A stretch of 64,000 nucleotides of DNA, taken from Eledone cirrhosa (lineage: Eukaryota). Location: positions 15,562,001 to 15,626,000 of the forward strand of contig OZ024762.1 in NCBI GenBank assembly GCA_964016885.1, read 5' to 3'. Each line of letters begins with the position of its first letter. The stretch's first letter is position 1. Shown in pieces: positions 50,748 through 64,000 of this stretch. The position numbers and the translations under genes were made by a program. Under the pieces are notes generated by a model. It was given only the letters and a program-made list of their open reading frames with translations, was not told the origin of the DNA and searched no databases.

Positions 50748-51624
50748 ACAATGATATTAAATAAATGGAAACTATATTTATAAAACCATATTTATTCTAT
50801 TATATATATTTCAAAGGTACCAAAACTTTGGTACGCTTTCATCAGATAAAATACAAAGTTTGTTTTATAAATTTTGACATAACCAAGAAAAGATACCTTA
50901 ACGGTTCAAGTTTTCCTTGGATAGTCATCCAAGGAAATCTTGAACCGTTAAGGTATCTTTTCTTGGTTAAAACCATTAAGGTATCTTTTCTTGGTTAAAA
51001 CCGTTAAGGTATCTTTTCTTGGTTAAAACCTTTAGGGTATCTTTTCTTGGTTAAAACCGTTAAGGTATCTTTTCTTGGTTAAAACCGTTAAGGTATCTTT
51101 TCTTGGTTAAAACCGTTAGGGTATCTTTTCTTGGTTAAAACCGTTAAGGTATCTTTTCTTGGTTAAAACCGTTAAGGTATCTTTTCTTGGTTAAAACCGT
51201 TAAGGTATCTTTTCTTGGTTAAAACCGTTAAGGTATCTTTTCTTGGTTAAAACCGTTAAGGTATCTTTTCTTGGTTAAAACCGTTAAGGTATCTTTTCTT
51301 GGTTAAAACCGTTAAGGTATCTTTTCTTGGTTAAAACCGTTAGGGTATCTTTTCTTGGTTAAAACCGTTAAGGTATCTTTTCTTGGTTAAAATCATTTCC
51401 TGGTTAAAATTTATAAAACAAACTTTGTATTTTATCTGATGAAAGCGTACCAAAGTTTTGATACCCTTGAAATATATATAATAGATAAATATGGTTTTAT
51501 AAATATAGTTTCCATTTATTTAATATCATTGTATATTATACTCCAGAAAAATTTGTTGAGTGCTCTGAATCAGTTATAAACATTTATATTTGTTGAATTA
51601 CCAACAAATTGAATATCCCTTCTG

Positions 51625-51628
<4 letters not shown>
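50748..51628. mobile_element. Fold-back hammerhead element (ribozymes ~50795-50850 -, ~51431-51485 +) with a 28 bp tandem array in the right arm (50942-51392)
   Basis: tttat-CTGATGA-aagcgtaccaaa(g)ttttggtaccttt-GAAA-T-atat-ATA-ataga; about 16 units of AACCGTTAAGGTATCTTTTCTTGGTTAA. Confidence 0.85.
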
Positions 51629-51678
<50 letters not shown>

Positions 51679-51901
51679 AATCATCATCATCATAATAGGG
51701 TTAGCTCATATATATATATATATATATATATATGAGCTGAAAGTAGGACATATTTGAAAAGTGTTTGGGTGCAAAAGAAAAAAAGAAACAACAATAGACA
51801 GGAAGACAGGGTGGTCATATACTGGAACGCCTGTGATAAATAGTGTCTATCTCGTTCAAGGCTGACTGAAGGCAAGACAACACATATTTCTATCAACCCA
51901 C

Positions 51902-51964
<63 letters not shown>

Positions 51965-51972
<8 letters not shown>

Positions 51973-52745
51973 TATATATTATATATAGATTATATATGTA
52001 TTATATATATAGATTATATATGTATTATATATATATATTATATATGTATTATATATATATATTATATATGTATTATATATATATATTATATATGTATTAT
52101 ATATATATATTATATATGTATTATATATATATTATATATATGTATTATATATATATATGTATTATATTATATATATGTATTATATTATATATATGTCCCA
52201 CCCTTGCAAGCAGGGAAAAGCGGACGTAAAATGATGATGATGATGATGATGATGATGTATTATATTATATATATGTATTATATATTATATATATGTATTA
52301 TATATTATATATATGTATTATATATTATATATATGTATTATATTATATATATGTATTATATATTATATATATGTATTATATATTATATATATGTATTATA
52401 TATTATATATATGTATTATATATTATATATATGTATTATATATTATATATATGTATTATATATTATATATATGTATTATATATTATATATATGTATTATA
52501 TATTATATATATGTATTATATATTATATATATGTATTATATATTATATATATGTATTATATATTATATATATGTATTATATATTATATATATGTATTATA
52601 TTATATATATGTATTATATATTATATATGTATTATATTATATATATGTATTATATATTATATATGTATTATATATTATATTTATATATTATATATATGTA
52701 TTATATATATATATATATATATTATAAGTATTATATATAGATTAT
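51965..52745. repeat. AT-rich ~20 bp minisatellite interrupted by a short RTE tail (52196-52257)
   Basis: TATATTATATATATGTATTA units; CCCACCCTTGCAAGCAGGGAAAAGCGGACGTAAAATGATG. Confidence 0.85.
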
Positions 52746-53009
52746 ATATATATATATATAGAAAAGGCTTCTACAGGACTAGAACTGTTTCATTCGGGAG
52801 AAATCACCAGGAATATATATAGAAAAGGCTTCTACAGGACTAGAACTGTTTCATTCGGGAGAAATCACCAGGAATCATTTATCTTGAATGAAACAGTTCT
52901 AGTCCTGTAGAAGCCATTTCTATATTAAATATTTATACTCTGCTTTGTATTGAGTACCTTACTTACTGTGGTTACCCCCGATTGAACTCGGGATAAACTA
53001 TATATATAT

Positions 53010-53426
53010 ATATTGTTATACTTGGGGAGGGTCATATTTGTGTAATAATATTGCCAGAATTAATAACAGAACACACTCACTGTTTCGTTGGTTTTCGCTT
53101 CTGTGTCTTTTATATCAGTTAATTTAATTTATTCGGTCCTCAATGTTACTATTGACTGATCAACAGTCAAAAATACAGATATAATATAGACACAAACACA
53201 TATATAGTCATGTGTTTGTGTCTGTATTTTTAACCGTTGATCAGTCAATGGTAACATTGAGGACCGAATAAATTAAATTAACCGATATAAAAGACACAGA
53301 AGCGAAAACCAACCAAACAGTGAGTGTGTTCTATTATTAATTCTGGCAATATTATTACACAAATATCACCCTCCCCAAGTATAACAATATTTGTTTCGAC
53401 ACAATTTCATATCAAAAACCTCACCA

Positions 53427-53430
<4 letters not shown>
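53010..53430. mobile_element. ~380 bp fold-back element (related to 59660-59775 and 59806-60077)
   Basis: ATATTGTTATACTTGGGGAGGG... / ...CCCTCCCCAAGTATAACAATAT arms, slightly diverged, in (TA)n context. Confidence 0.8.
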
Positions 53431-53464
<34 letters not shown>

Positions 53465-53504
53465 ATATTAAATAAATGGAAACTATATTTATAAAACCAT
53501 ATTT

Positions 53505-53563
53505 ATTCTATTATATATATTTCAAGGGGGTACCAAAACTTTGGTACGCTTTCATCAGATAAA
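53505..53563 (-). ncRNA. Minimal type I hammerhead (CTGATGAAAGCG family)
   Basis: Reverse complement: ttttat-CTGATGA-aagcgtaccaaagttttggtacccccTT-GAAA-T-atat-ATA-atagaa. Confidence 0.72.
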
Positions 53564-53788
53564 ATAGAAGTGTGTTTTATAAATGTTGATATAACCAAGA
53601 AAAATAGTGCTCTGAATCGGTTATAAACATTTATATTTGTTGAATTACCAACAAATTGAATATCCCTTTTGCTAATATATATATGATTGCAAAAAAAAAT
53701 AAAATATATATATATATATGTTGAGTGCTTTATATCAGTTATAAAAATGTTTAAGCTTGTTGAATCCCAACAAATTAAATATAACCTC

Positions 53789-53822
<34 letters not shown>

Positions 53823-54614
53823 GAGGTTATATTTAATTTGTTGGGATTCAACAAGCTTAAACATTTTTATAACTGATATAAAGCACTCAACAGTTTAGTG
53901 GAGTAAATATACAATATATTAATAAATGGAAACTATATTTATAAAACCATAATTATTTTATTATATATATTTTATAAGATAAATTATGGTGCGCTTTCAT
54001 CAGATAAAATACAGATTTGTTTTATAAATAAATATTGAAATTCGCTGGATATATATATATATATAATCTCTATATAAATATATAATGTATATATATATAT
54101 ATATATATAATTGTTTCTACTTTTGGCACAAGGCCTGCAATTATCCAGTACATTGCTGGTACTTTATTTTATCGACCCCGTAAGGATGAAAGGCGGGATT
54201 TGAACTCAGATCATAAATATATATATATATATATATATAATGATCATCATCATCATCATCATTTTACATCCGCTTTTCCCTGCTTGCAAGGGTGGGACGG
54301 GAACTGATGCTGGCTTGATTTCTACAGCTGGATGCCCTTCCTAACACCAACCTCATTTACAGTGAGTGCTGGGTGCTTTTTTGCCGTGGCACCTCCACGA
54401 CCACTTTGCAGTGGAATGATATGGACCCCAGTCCTATGATCTCATTTCTACAGCTGAGTAAACTGGAGCAATGTGAAATAAAGTGTCTTGCTCAAGGAAA
54501 CAACACATCACTCGGTCTGAGAATTGAACTCACAACCTTTCGATTGCAAGGCCAATGCTCTAACTAGTAAGCCATGTGCCTCCATATATAATGTATATAT
54601 ATATATATATAATG

Positions 54615-54645
<31 letters not shown>

Positions 54646-54755
54646 GTATGTATATATATATATATAATGTGTATGTATGTATATATATATATATGTGTAT
54701 GTATATATGTATATATATATATAATGTGTATTATATATATATAATATATATAATG

Positions 54756-54796
<41 letters not shown>

Positions 54797-54888
54797 GGAA
54801 GAAGCTCAACCATTATATATAAATATGTGTATGTATATATGTATGTATATATATAATGTGTATTATATGTATGTATATATATAATGTG

Positions 54889-54928
<40 letters not shown>

Positions 54929-54935
54929 GTGTGTG

Positions 54936-54982
<47 letters not shown>

Positions 54983-55592
54983 GTGTGTGTATGTATATAT
55001 ATATATATATATATGATCAATTAAAACTTGAACATAGTCGCGATGTCAATGACATAATTATATATATATATAAAAGAAAATCGAACGTTTATTAACTAAA
55101 GCCGGACTCAATACATACAAGAAGGTTGCCATATTTTTAATTTTCATGGGAAAATGTTGAAATTGTTTGATAAAATTGCGTCAACAAACTACGTCAGTTT
55201 CCGTACTTTTTCGTAGACTTCCGGTAAAAACTATCACACACACACATACAGACATACATACATATACACACATACATATATAGACACAATTTACTGGTTT
55301 GGTTTTGTTGTTTTTGGTTCAGGCGTTAGATTGCGGTCATGTTGGAGCACTTTAATCATTTACTTTTTTTGTTGTTGATTATTTTTAAGGTGATTATATC
55401 GACAGTATGTTATTTTGAGTGTGAGAGTTTAAAAAATAATGTTTTTTTTTTAGGGGGGGGGAGGGATACGTCTTAATGTTGTGACGTTTGACTGAAAGGG
55501 ACGCAACACAGCGTACCACCTTACGTTGGACGAGATACAGAAACATAGACATGTATATATATATATATGTGTGTGTGTATATGTGTGTGTGT

Positions 55593-55695
<103 letters not shown>

Positions 55696-55697
55696 AT

Positions 55698-56151
55698 GTG
55701 GATTGGCAGTATCGGTAGAGGGTCGGACGCCATGCTTTGACGCATAGAGTTACGGCCCTTTCTATTCTGAGTTCAAATCCCGCCGAGGTCAACTTTGCCT
55801 TTCATCCTTACGGGGGCGATAAAATAAAGTACCAGTAATGTACTGGGTAATTGCTGGCCTTGTGCCAAAAGTAGAATCAATTATACATTATATATAAGGG
55901 CGGTGCCCCAGCAAGGCCTCAGCCGGATGGCTAAAACAGGTAAAAGAGTAAAAGAGTAAATATATATTGTTTCTACTTTTGGCACAAGGCCAGCAATTAC
56001 CCAGTGCATTACTGGTACTTTATTTTATCGACCCCATAAGGATGAAAGGCAAAGTTAACCTCGGCGGGATTTGAACTCAGAATAGAAAGGGCCGTAACTC
56101 TATGCTTCAAAGCGTGGCGTCCGACCCTCTACCGATACTGCCAATCCACCG
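55698..56151. mobile_element. Tail-to-tail pair of near full-length family A SINEs (55698-55882 +, 55966-56151 -)
   Basis: Highly similar copies in inverted orientation about 80 bp apart. Confidence 0.9.
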
Positions 56152-56288
56152 TCCTTTATATATATATATATATTGTGTATATTTATATATATGTGTGTGT
56201 ATGTGTATTGTATATGTATGTATATATGTATATGTAAATATATTACTTCAAAATATTAATAAATATAGACATTCATGTGATCAAATAT

Positions 56289-56352
56289 ATTTTATTATAC
56301 ATATTTCAGAGGTACTGAGCTATTTCATCAGTACGTCCTCATCAGATAAAAT
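56289..56352 (-). ncRNA. Minimal type I hammerhead ribozyme
   Basis: Reverse complement: attttat-CTGATGA-ggacgtactga(tgaaatagc)tcagtacctct-GAAA-T-atgt-ATA-ataaaat; 7 bp stem I. Confidence 0.85.
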
Positions 56353-56637
56353 AAATTGATGTCTGACATACCGCAACTGTGCTGATGGTTCAATTCCAGT
56401 CTTGGCAGTGATTAGTTATGACAAAACTCAATATTTATATACTATAAGTTGTAACATGACAAACTACATATAATTGAGAGGGTACATAGGAGAATGTGTA
56501 TAAAAAATATAATAAGTATATATAAAGACAAGTAAAATATAAACATATAGCTACATAACTGTTAAAAATTTAAATAATTAAATATGTAAACATCCGTATT
56601 AGAGAAGGAGTAAATGAGAGAGAGGGAGAGAGAGAGC

Positions 56638-57725
56638 TAAATAGAGGAGAGAAAGAAAAAGTGTTGCACAAATAGAGGAGAGAAGGAAAAAGTGTTGCAC
56701 AAATAGAGGAGAGAAAGAAAAAGTGTTGCAACAAATAGAGGAGAGAAAAAGTGTTGCAACAAATAGAGGAGAGAAAGAAAAAGTGTTGTACAAATAGAGG
56801 AGAGAAAGAAAAAGTGTTGCACAAATAGAGGAGAGAAAGAAAAAGTGTTGCACAAATAGAGGAGAGAAGGAAAAAGTGTTGCACAAATAGAGGAGAGAAA
56901 GAAAAAGTGTTGCACAAATAGAGGAGAGAAGGAAAAAGTGTTGCACAAATAGAGGAGAGAAAGAAAAAGTGTTGCACAAATAGAGGAGAGAAGGAAAAAG
57001 TGTTGCACAAATAGAGGAGAGAAGGAAAAAGTGTTGCACAAATAGAGGAGAGAAAGAAAAAGTGTTGCACAAATAGAGGAGAGAAGGAAAAAGTGTTGCA
57101 CAAATAGAGGAGAGAAGGAAAAAGTGTTGCACAAATAGAGGAGAGAAAGAAAAAGTGTTGCACAAATAGAGGAGAGAAAGAAAAAGTGTTGCACAAATAG
57201 AGGAGAGAAGGAAAAAGTGTTGCACAAATAGAGGAGAGAAGGAAAAAGTGTTGCACAAATAGAGGAGAGAAGGAAAAAGTGTTGCACAAATAGAGGAGAG
57301 AAGGAAAAAGTGTTGCACAAATAGAGGAGAGAAAGAAAAAGTGTTGCACAAATAGAGGAGAGAAAGAAAAAGTGTTGCACAAATAGAGGAGAGAAAGAAA
57401 AAGTGTTGCACAAATAGAGGAGAGAAAGAAAAAGTGTTGCACAAATAGAGGAGAGAAGGAAAAAGTGTTGCACAAATAGAGGAGAGAAAGAAAAAGTGTT
57501 GCACAAATAGAGGAGAGAAGGAAAAAGTGTTGCACAAATAGAGGAGAGAAAGAAAAAGTGTTGCAACAAATAGAGGAGAGAAAGAAAAAGTGTTGCACAA
57601 ATAGAGGAGAGAAAGAAAAAGTGTTGCAACAAATAGAGGAGAGAAAGAAAAAAGTGTTGCACAAATAGAGGAGAGAAAGAAAAAGTGTTGCACAAATAGA
57701 GGAGAGAAGGAAAAAGTGTTGCACA
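56638..57725. repeat. 31 bp purine-rich minisatellite (~35 units)
   Basis: Unit AAATAGAGGAGAGAA(A/G)GAAAAAGTGTTGCAC. Confidence 0.97.
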
Positions 57726-57729
57726 TGCA

Positions 57730-58058
57730 TCAGCCCACAGCTTCCCGCCACATGAGCTGGTATGGACATGTACTCTGCTTTCTACCAGATCATCCTACCA
57801 GGGCCTTACTCTTGTTCGACGCAGTGGCTGCTGGCTGGAAGAGGCCTCACGGCAGACCCCTGCAGCGGATGGCTGGATGTCATCGGGGAAGATCTCTGGG
57901 GGATTGACAGCACCTTGGACGATGCAGCGGAGGAACTGGCACAGGACCACCACAGATGGAGAGCTTTGGTGGACCTGGTCAGCTCTACACACGATAATAA
58001 TCCTCTGGGATTGCTAGCTTAGGATGACCCAGGCTCGTGTAGCAAGAGCAAGAAGAGG
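57730..58058 (+). mobile_element. LINE (RTE-group) C-terminal fragment
   Basis: SWYGHVL...HPTR.LL...GWKRPHGRP..RWLDVI.EDL...ELAQDHHRWRALV with frameshift. Confidence 0.75.
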
Positions 58059-58517
58059 ATATATATATATATTGTAGTCAGTGCCAGATTTGCTGAAGCT
58101 CACGGAGGAGATGACGAAGGACCGTGACAAGTGGAGAGATGCTGTGCTGAATAGGGCCCGTCCCACCCTTGCAAGCAGGGAAAAGCAGACGTAAAATGAT
58201 GATGATGATAATGAGGGCCTGTGCTAGTTAAGTTTTGAGGCCCCTTACTTTTGAAAAATTCATCCTAAAAAATTGTTTTGGCAGGAAGATGGTTTCCCCA
58301 GCCAGCAGGGCCTGGAGCTGAAGCACACCTAAGTCCAATAGTAAAACCGGTACTGACTGTAGTAGCAACTTGGTATAAATATCCAAGTGTTTAGAACACT
58401 CAGTCCGAATGACTATATATAATCAGTTACAACAGTGGCGTTACACAGATACTTAAGTTTCGTTGGGATTAACCCAATCTCGGTAACTGGGTAAGGCCAC
58501 TGTTGCCACTGATTATA

Positions 58518-59140
58518 TTTACGTAGATTAGAAAGAAACGAAGCCTGCATGCTCCGATGGATGTGTAATAGTAATATACGCGAACGGCAAAGCATAAATG
58601 AATTGAGAGAGAGACTGAGCATAAGAGGAATCAAATGCTGTGTGCAGGAGAGGCGGTTGCGTTGGTATGGACATGTGATGCGTATGAAGGATGACAGCTG
58701 CATAAAAAGGTGCAGAGCACTAGAAGTCAATGGAAACCGCGGAGTGGGGAGACCCAAGCAGACCTGGGATGAGGTGATAAAAGCCGACCTTACCCAATTA
58801 CACCTCTCAAAGGCGATGACACATGACCGTGACCTCTGGCGTCACGCAGTAATACAGAGTACCCGACCTCCCATGGGTACAAGCTGAAGCATATAGACAA
58901 TATGCCCCACACCCTCCCACTGTAAAGTGGACGTGTAGGCGCCATGGAAAAAAGCACCCAGCACCCACTGTAAATGAGGTTGGTGTTAGGAAGGGCATCC
59001 AGCTGTAGAAACCAAGCCAAAATCAGTTCCTGTATGAGCAAGGCATGGTCAGCCGACCAGACACTGCCCACAACAGGACAACCCGTCTAACCCATGCTAG
59101 CATAGAAGAACGGACGTAAAACGGTGATGATGATGATGAT
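58518..59140 (+). mobile_element. RTE LINE 3' end: ORF C-terminus, 3'UTR and (GAT)n tail
   Basis: LRRLERNEACMLRWMC...[21 protein letters not shown]...GRPKQTW; UTR contains GGTGTTAGGAAGGGCATCCAGCTGTAGAAA. Confidence 0.9.
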
Positions 59141-60265
59141 ATATATATACATAAATATATATTATATCTACATACATAAATATATATATACATAAATAAA
59201 TATATATATACATACATAAATATATATATATTTATATACATAAATATCATCATCATTTCATTTCATTTCATTTTACGTCCACTTTTTCCCTGCTTGCAAG
59301 GGTGGGACGGGAACTGATACTGGCTTGATTTCTACAGCTGGATGCCCTTCCTAACACCAACCTCATTTACAGTGAGTGCTGGGTGCTTTTTTGCCGTGGC
59401 ACCTCCACGACCACTTTGCAGTGGAATGATAGGGACCCCAGTCCTATCATCTCATTTCTACAGCTGAGTAAACTGGAGCAATGTGAAATAAAGTGCCTTG
59501 CTCAAGGAAACAACACATCACCCGGTCTGAGAATTGAACTCACAACCTTTCGATTGCAAGGCCAATGCTCTAACCACTAAGCTATATATATATATACATA
59601 CATAAATAAATATATATATACATACATAAATATATATATATATACATACATAAATATATACATATATTTCGTTTCTGAATTTGTTTAGCAAGATTCTTTA
59701 TCTGAAATCGTGTGTTGAAACCGATATTGTTATACTTTGGGAGGGTCATGACCCTCCCAAAGTATAACAATATATACATATACACATACATTAATATATA
59801 TATATAATTCGTTTTTGAATTTGTTTTGCGAGATTTCTTATCTGGAAACTTGTGTTGAAACAGATATTGTTATACTTTGGTGGGGTCATGCTGCCAATAA
59901 AAACACACGCACCTGTTGGTTTTTCACTTCAATTTATATATCTGACAATATATATACAACCTTCTGGTTTTCCAACCAACCAACCAACCAACCAACCGGA
60001 AATTTAAATTGAAGTGAAAACCAACAGTTGTATGTGTTTTTATTGGCAATATGACCCTCCCAAAGTATAACAATATCTATTTATTAGAATTTTATTTCTC
60101 ACCATAGCATAGCTGATACATAAAAGTAAATATGCACACGTACACACAGATATATATACATACATACACATATATATGTTCGATATAACCCATACGTACA
60201 TATGTATATGTGTGTATATATATGTGTGTGTGTACGTGTGCATACTTACATTTATATATATATTA

Positions 60266-60612
60266 GGAGGCACATGGCTTAGTGGTTAGAGCATTGGCCT
60301 TGCAATCGAAAGGTTGTGAGTTCAATTCTCAGACCGGGTGATGTGTTGTTTCCTTGAGCAAGACACTTTATTTCACATTGCTCCAGTTTACTCAGCTGTA
60401 GATATGAGATGATAGGGACTGGGGTCCCTATCACTCCACTGTAAAGTGGTCGTGGAGGTGCCACGGCAAAAAATCACCCAGCACTCACTGTAAATGAGGT
60501 TGATGTTAGGAAGGGCATCCAGCTGTAGAAATCAAGCCAGAATCAGTTCCCGTCCCACCCTTGCAAGCAGGGAAAAAACGGACGTAAAATGAAATGATGA
60601 TGATGATGATGA
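60266..60612 (+). mobile_element. Full-length family B SINE
   Basis: GG start, A-box TGGCTTAGTGG, B-box GAGTTCAATTC, CORE-like CCTTGAGCAAGACACTT...CTCAGCTGTA, RTE-derived 3' part and (GAT)n tail. Confidence 0.9.
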
Positions 60613-60880
60613 TTAATGCACACACACACACACTTCACTTTGAGTCCCCAAATTGTTACCAAGACTACCTAACAGTTTGTCTTGTTTACTCTCTTTATTT
60701 AGATATATTTTTTACTATATTTGGAATACCCTTATTTTCTGTATCCTTTGTGATCCTGTCTCCATTTTTGTACGCCTGAAGAAGGGTTTCAGCCCGACAC
60801 CTTGAACTTTCTTTCCCCTTTCCATAATATAAAGCGTGAAACTAATAAGACTTTTTGTACCTCTATTTGTTGTTTCCTTG

Positions 60881-60931
<51 letters not shown>

Positions 60932-61361
60932 TGATCTTTCATATACAGAGAATGTCAGCTACACACACAGGATTATATATATATATATATCATCATCATC
61001 ATCGTTTAACGTCCATCTTCCACACTTGCATGGGTTTGGACGGGAGTTTTCCCACTTGAGGCAAGAGTGATTGTCTTGCTCGCATAGGACTGTCTGGCGG
61101 GTTTTCTACGGCTGGATGCCCTTCCTAACACAAACCACGTTTACAGTGTGGGGCTGGGAGGTTTTTACCGTGTTACCCACACGGCCACATTACAGCGTGG
61201 ACTGTGTGTTTTTTTTGTCGTGACACCTACACGACCTCATTTGTTTCGGGCTGGATGTTGTGGTACCAACATAACTTCACATTTAAGGGGGGTGGTGTGG
61301 ATGGGGTAGTGAGACGGGGGTGTATTTTGATAGAGGTGCCTACTGACTGTAGGTTTCGCTT

Positions 61362-61403
<42 letters not shown>

Positions 61404-61456
61404 CCTGTGTGTATGTGTATATATACATATATATAATCGTGTGTGTGTGTATATAT

Positions 61457-61510
<54 letters not shown>

Positions 61511-61606
61511 GTATATATATGGCGATCTTTTGTAAGTAGTAGCTGGAATGTAAATGATGTAGCTAACATTCTCTGTATATGAAAGATCATTGTGTATATA
61601 TACATG

Positions 61607-61645
<39 letters not shown>

Positions 61646-62017
61646 CTGTATGTAGATATATTATAATTAGGAAAAAGGAAGTGGCTTTGAAGTTTCAGCT
61701 CGTTCACTCCATCTTACACTCTACCACCCTGTATTGAGTACTCATTCAGTTAATGCTAGAATGTTGTAAAATACTATGGTATTTTAAACACACATATATA
61801 TATATATATATATGTATATTAGAGCATGTGTTTAAAATACAATAGTATTTTACAAGGGTCGGATGCCATGCTTTGCAGCATAGTTATGGCCCTTTACGTT
61901 TGGAGTTCAAAACCTGCCGAGGTTAGCTTTGCCTTTCATCTTTACGAGGGTCGATAAAATAAAGTACCAGTAATACACCGGGGTAATTGCTGGCCTTGTG
62001 CCAAAAGTAGAAAATTA

Positions 62018-62059
<42 letters not shown>

Positions 62060-62321
62060 TAGTTCCACAACAGTTAGTTCACCATATATATATATATATA
62101 TATATAGTCAGGACCCCGGCGGCTGAGCTCTTGCCGTTTCAACAGCTATTTCCAGACTGAGTATTGAGTACTCTGGTGAGTAATGGTCTAACCAGTTTCT
62201 TACGGAATCCATGCCGATTTATATCTATCTATATATATATATATATATAGCAGGGAAAAGCGGATGTAAAATGATGATGATGATATATATATCTTTCTCG
62301 TTATCTCTCTCCCTCTCTCTC

Positions 62322-62360
<39 letters not shown>

Positions 62361-63115
62361 TACATAGGCATTGCTACTATTTAGTACCCCCTCCCCCCCT
62401 CTCTGTTTTTGTTTCCTTTATGTAATAACATACACTTCCGTCAAATACCATTTTACTACTTTTCATCTTTGTCTAAGTATTTGGCTATCAGTCTGTCTGG
62501 CTATCTCACACACTCTCTCTCTCTATCTCTCTCTCTATATATATATATATCATCATCATCATCATCATTTCATTTTACGTCCACTTTTTCCCTGCTTGCA
62601 AGGGTGGGACGGGAACTGATACTGGCTTGATTTCTACAGCTGGATGCCCTTCCTAACACCAACCTCATTTACAGTGAGTACTGGGTGCTTTTATGCCGTG
62701 GCACCTCCACGACCACTTTGCAGTGGAATGATAGGGACCCCAGTGCTATCATCTCATTTCTACAGCTGAGTAAACTGGAGCAATGTGAAATAAAGTGTCT
62801 TGCTCAAGGAAATAACACATCACCCTGTCTGAGAATTGAACTCACAACCTTTCGATTGCAAGGCCAATGCTCTAACCACTAAGCCATGTGCCTCCATTAT
62901 ATATATATATATATAGGAAAAGAGTCAGGACCCCGACAGCTGAGCTCCGGCCGTTTCGACAGCTAGATCTGAACTCGTTCATATGTCGGAACGGCCGTAG
63001 CTCAGCAGTCGGGGTCCTGACTCTTTTCTTATTACCCACTCTGCTACCCCAAGTATCGAGTAATCTGGTGCATTATGGTCCACCTGGTTTCTTACCACAC
63101 TTTCTTTGTTTTATC

Positions 63116-63148
<33 letters not shown>

Positions 63149-63185
63149 GTCTGTCTGGCTAGACCTATCTACCTATCTATCTATC

Positions 63186-63573
63186 TTACGTCATTCTTTT
63201 TTTCAAATACCACTTTGGAAGAAGAATCAGGATGGAGAGAGAGGTGCTGTACCCCAGCAAGTTTTATGAAAGGTGGGTGAAAGTGGTGAGAATGGCCCGA
63301 GTGAATGGGCCTTCTCTCTATATCAGCCTGTAGGTTGAGGAAAAGGAGGAGGCGAGGAAAGGAGTACAAACTCTTCGTACTCCTGGAGATGAGGGTTGCA
63401 CATTTTTTTTTCGGGGGTATGTGTTACCCTTATAAACTGTCTCCCTCTATTGGGGAAAATCGACTAACTTTTTAAATTCCATTTGTGATAACATTTTACA
63501 CGTTTTTATTGTATGTAAACTTCCCCCTTTGTATTTGTCCCCTTCTTTTGTGCCCCTGTGGCTAATAAAGAAA
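63186..63573 (+). mobile_element. Tx1/L1-like LINE 3' end; terminal ~80 bp duplicated at 63835-63912
   Basis: FFKYHFGRRIRMEREVLYPSKFYERWVKVVRMARV...* then a UTR ending GGCTAATAAAGAAAT; clade assignment is inference. Confidence 0.55.
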
Positions 63574-64000
63574 TATATCTATCTATCTTACGTCATGGTT
63601 GACTATATGGAATGACCAGTTCTATCCAGTGGTGAACCAACAAACCTAAATGAATATATATATCAGTCTGTCTGGCAATCTATCTATCTGTCAGGCTATA
63701 TGCCTATATATCTATTTATCTCTCTGTCTGGCTGTCTTCCTATCTCTGACTATCTTCCTATCAATCTATTTATCCGTCTGTCTGGCTATCTTCCTATCTA
63801 TGTATCTATCTATCTATCTATCTATCTAGCTATTGTGATAACATTTTACACGTTTTTATTGTATGTAAACTTCCCCCTTTGTATTTGTGCCCCTGTGGCT
63901 AATAAAGAAATATATCTATCTAGCTATGTGTCTAATTATCCATGTATCCAACCCTCTGTTTATTTATCTATCTGTTTGTAAGTCTATTTTTCTGTCTCTC

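Noticed and set aside
56570-57769. 350-400 aa repeat ORFs on the - strand
   Set aside because: All three frames are open because the 31 bp unit lacks stops on that strand; no coding signature
60266-60340. tRNA gene
   Set aside because: A and B boxes continue into a SINE body with no acceptor stem or terminator; it is a SINE head

Overview
This is an AT-rich animal genomic window, saturated with (TA)n, (CA)n and (CAT)n microsatellites. The SINE, RTE and Penelope repertoire suggests a coleoid cephalopod such as Octopus (inference). One host gene is recognisable: a PIERCE1/PIERCE2-like (C9orf116/C15orf65-type) ciliary microtubule inner protein gene on the + strand, with exons 23066-23126, 25504-25640 and 26367-26435, a candidate first coding exon at 5293-5385 and a candidate promoter near 3800. 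The rest is decayed mobile DNA: RTE, CR1-like, R4/Dong-like and Tx1-like LINE fragments, a 5'-truncated Penelope GIY-YIG element, mariner and DD37D transposons, piggyBac-type and Tc1-type MITEs, tRNA-derived SINEs, and minisatellites that visibly arose from pieces of these elements. The most striking signal is not in the ORF track: about 15 intact-looking and many broken type I hammerhead ribozyme motifs (CUGANGA...GAAA...NUH) from several unrelated Penelope-type families. Many sit inside long, near-perfect fold-back palindromes embedded in (TA)n tracts. Most ORFs in the supplied track are microsatellite or satellite artefacts. Repeat boundaries were read by eye and are approximate.
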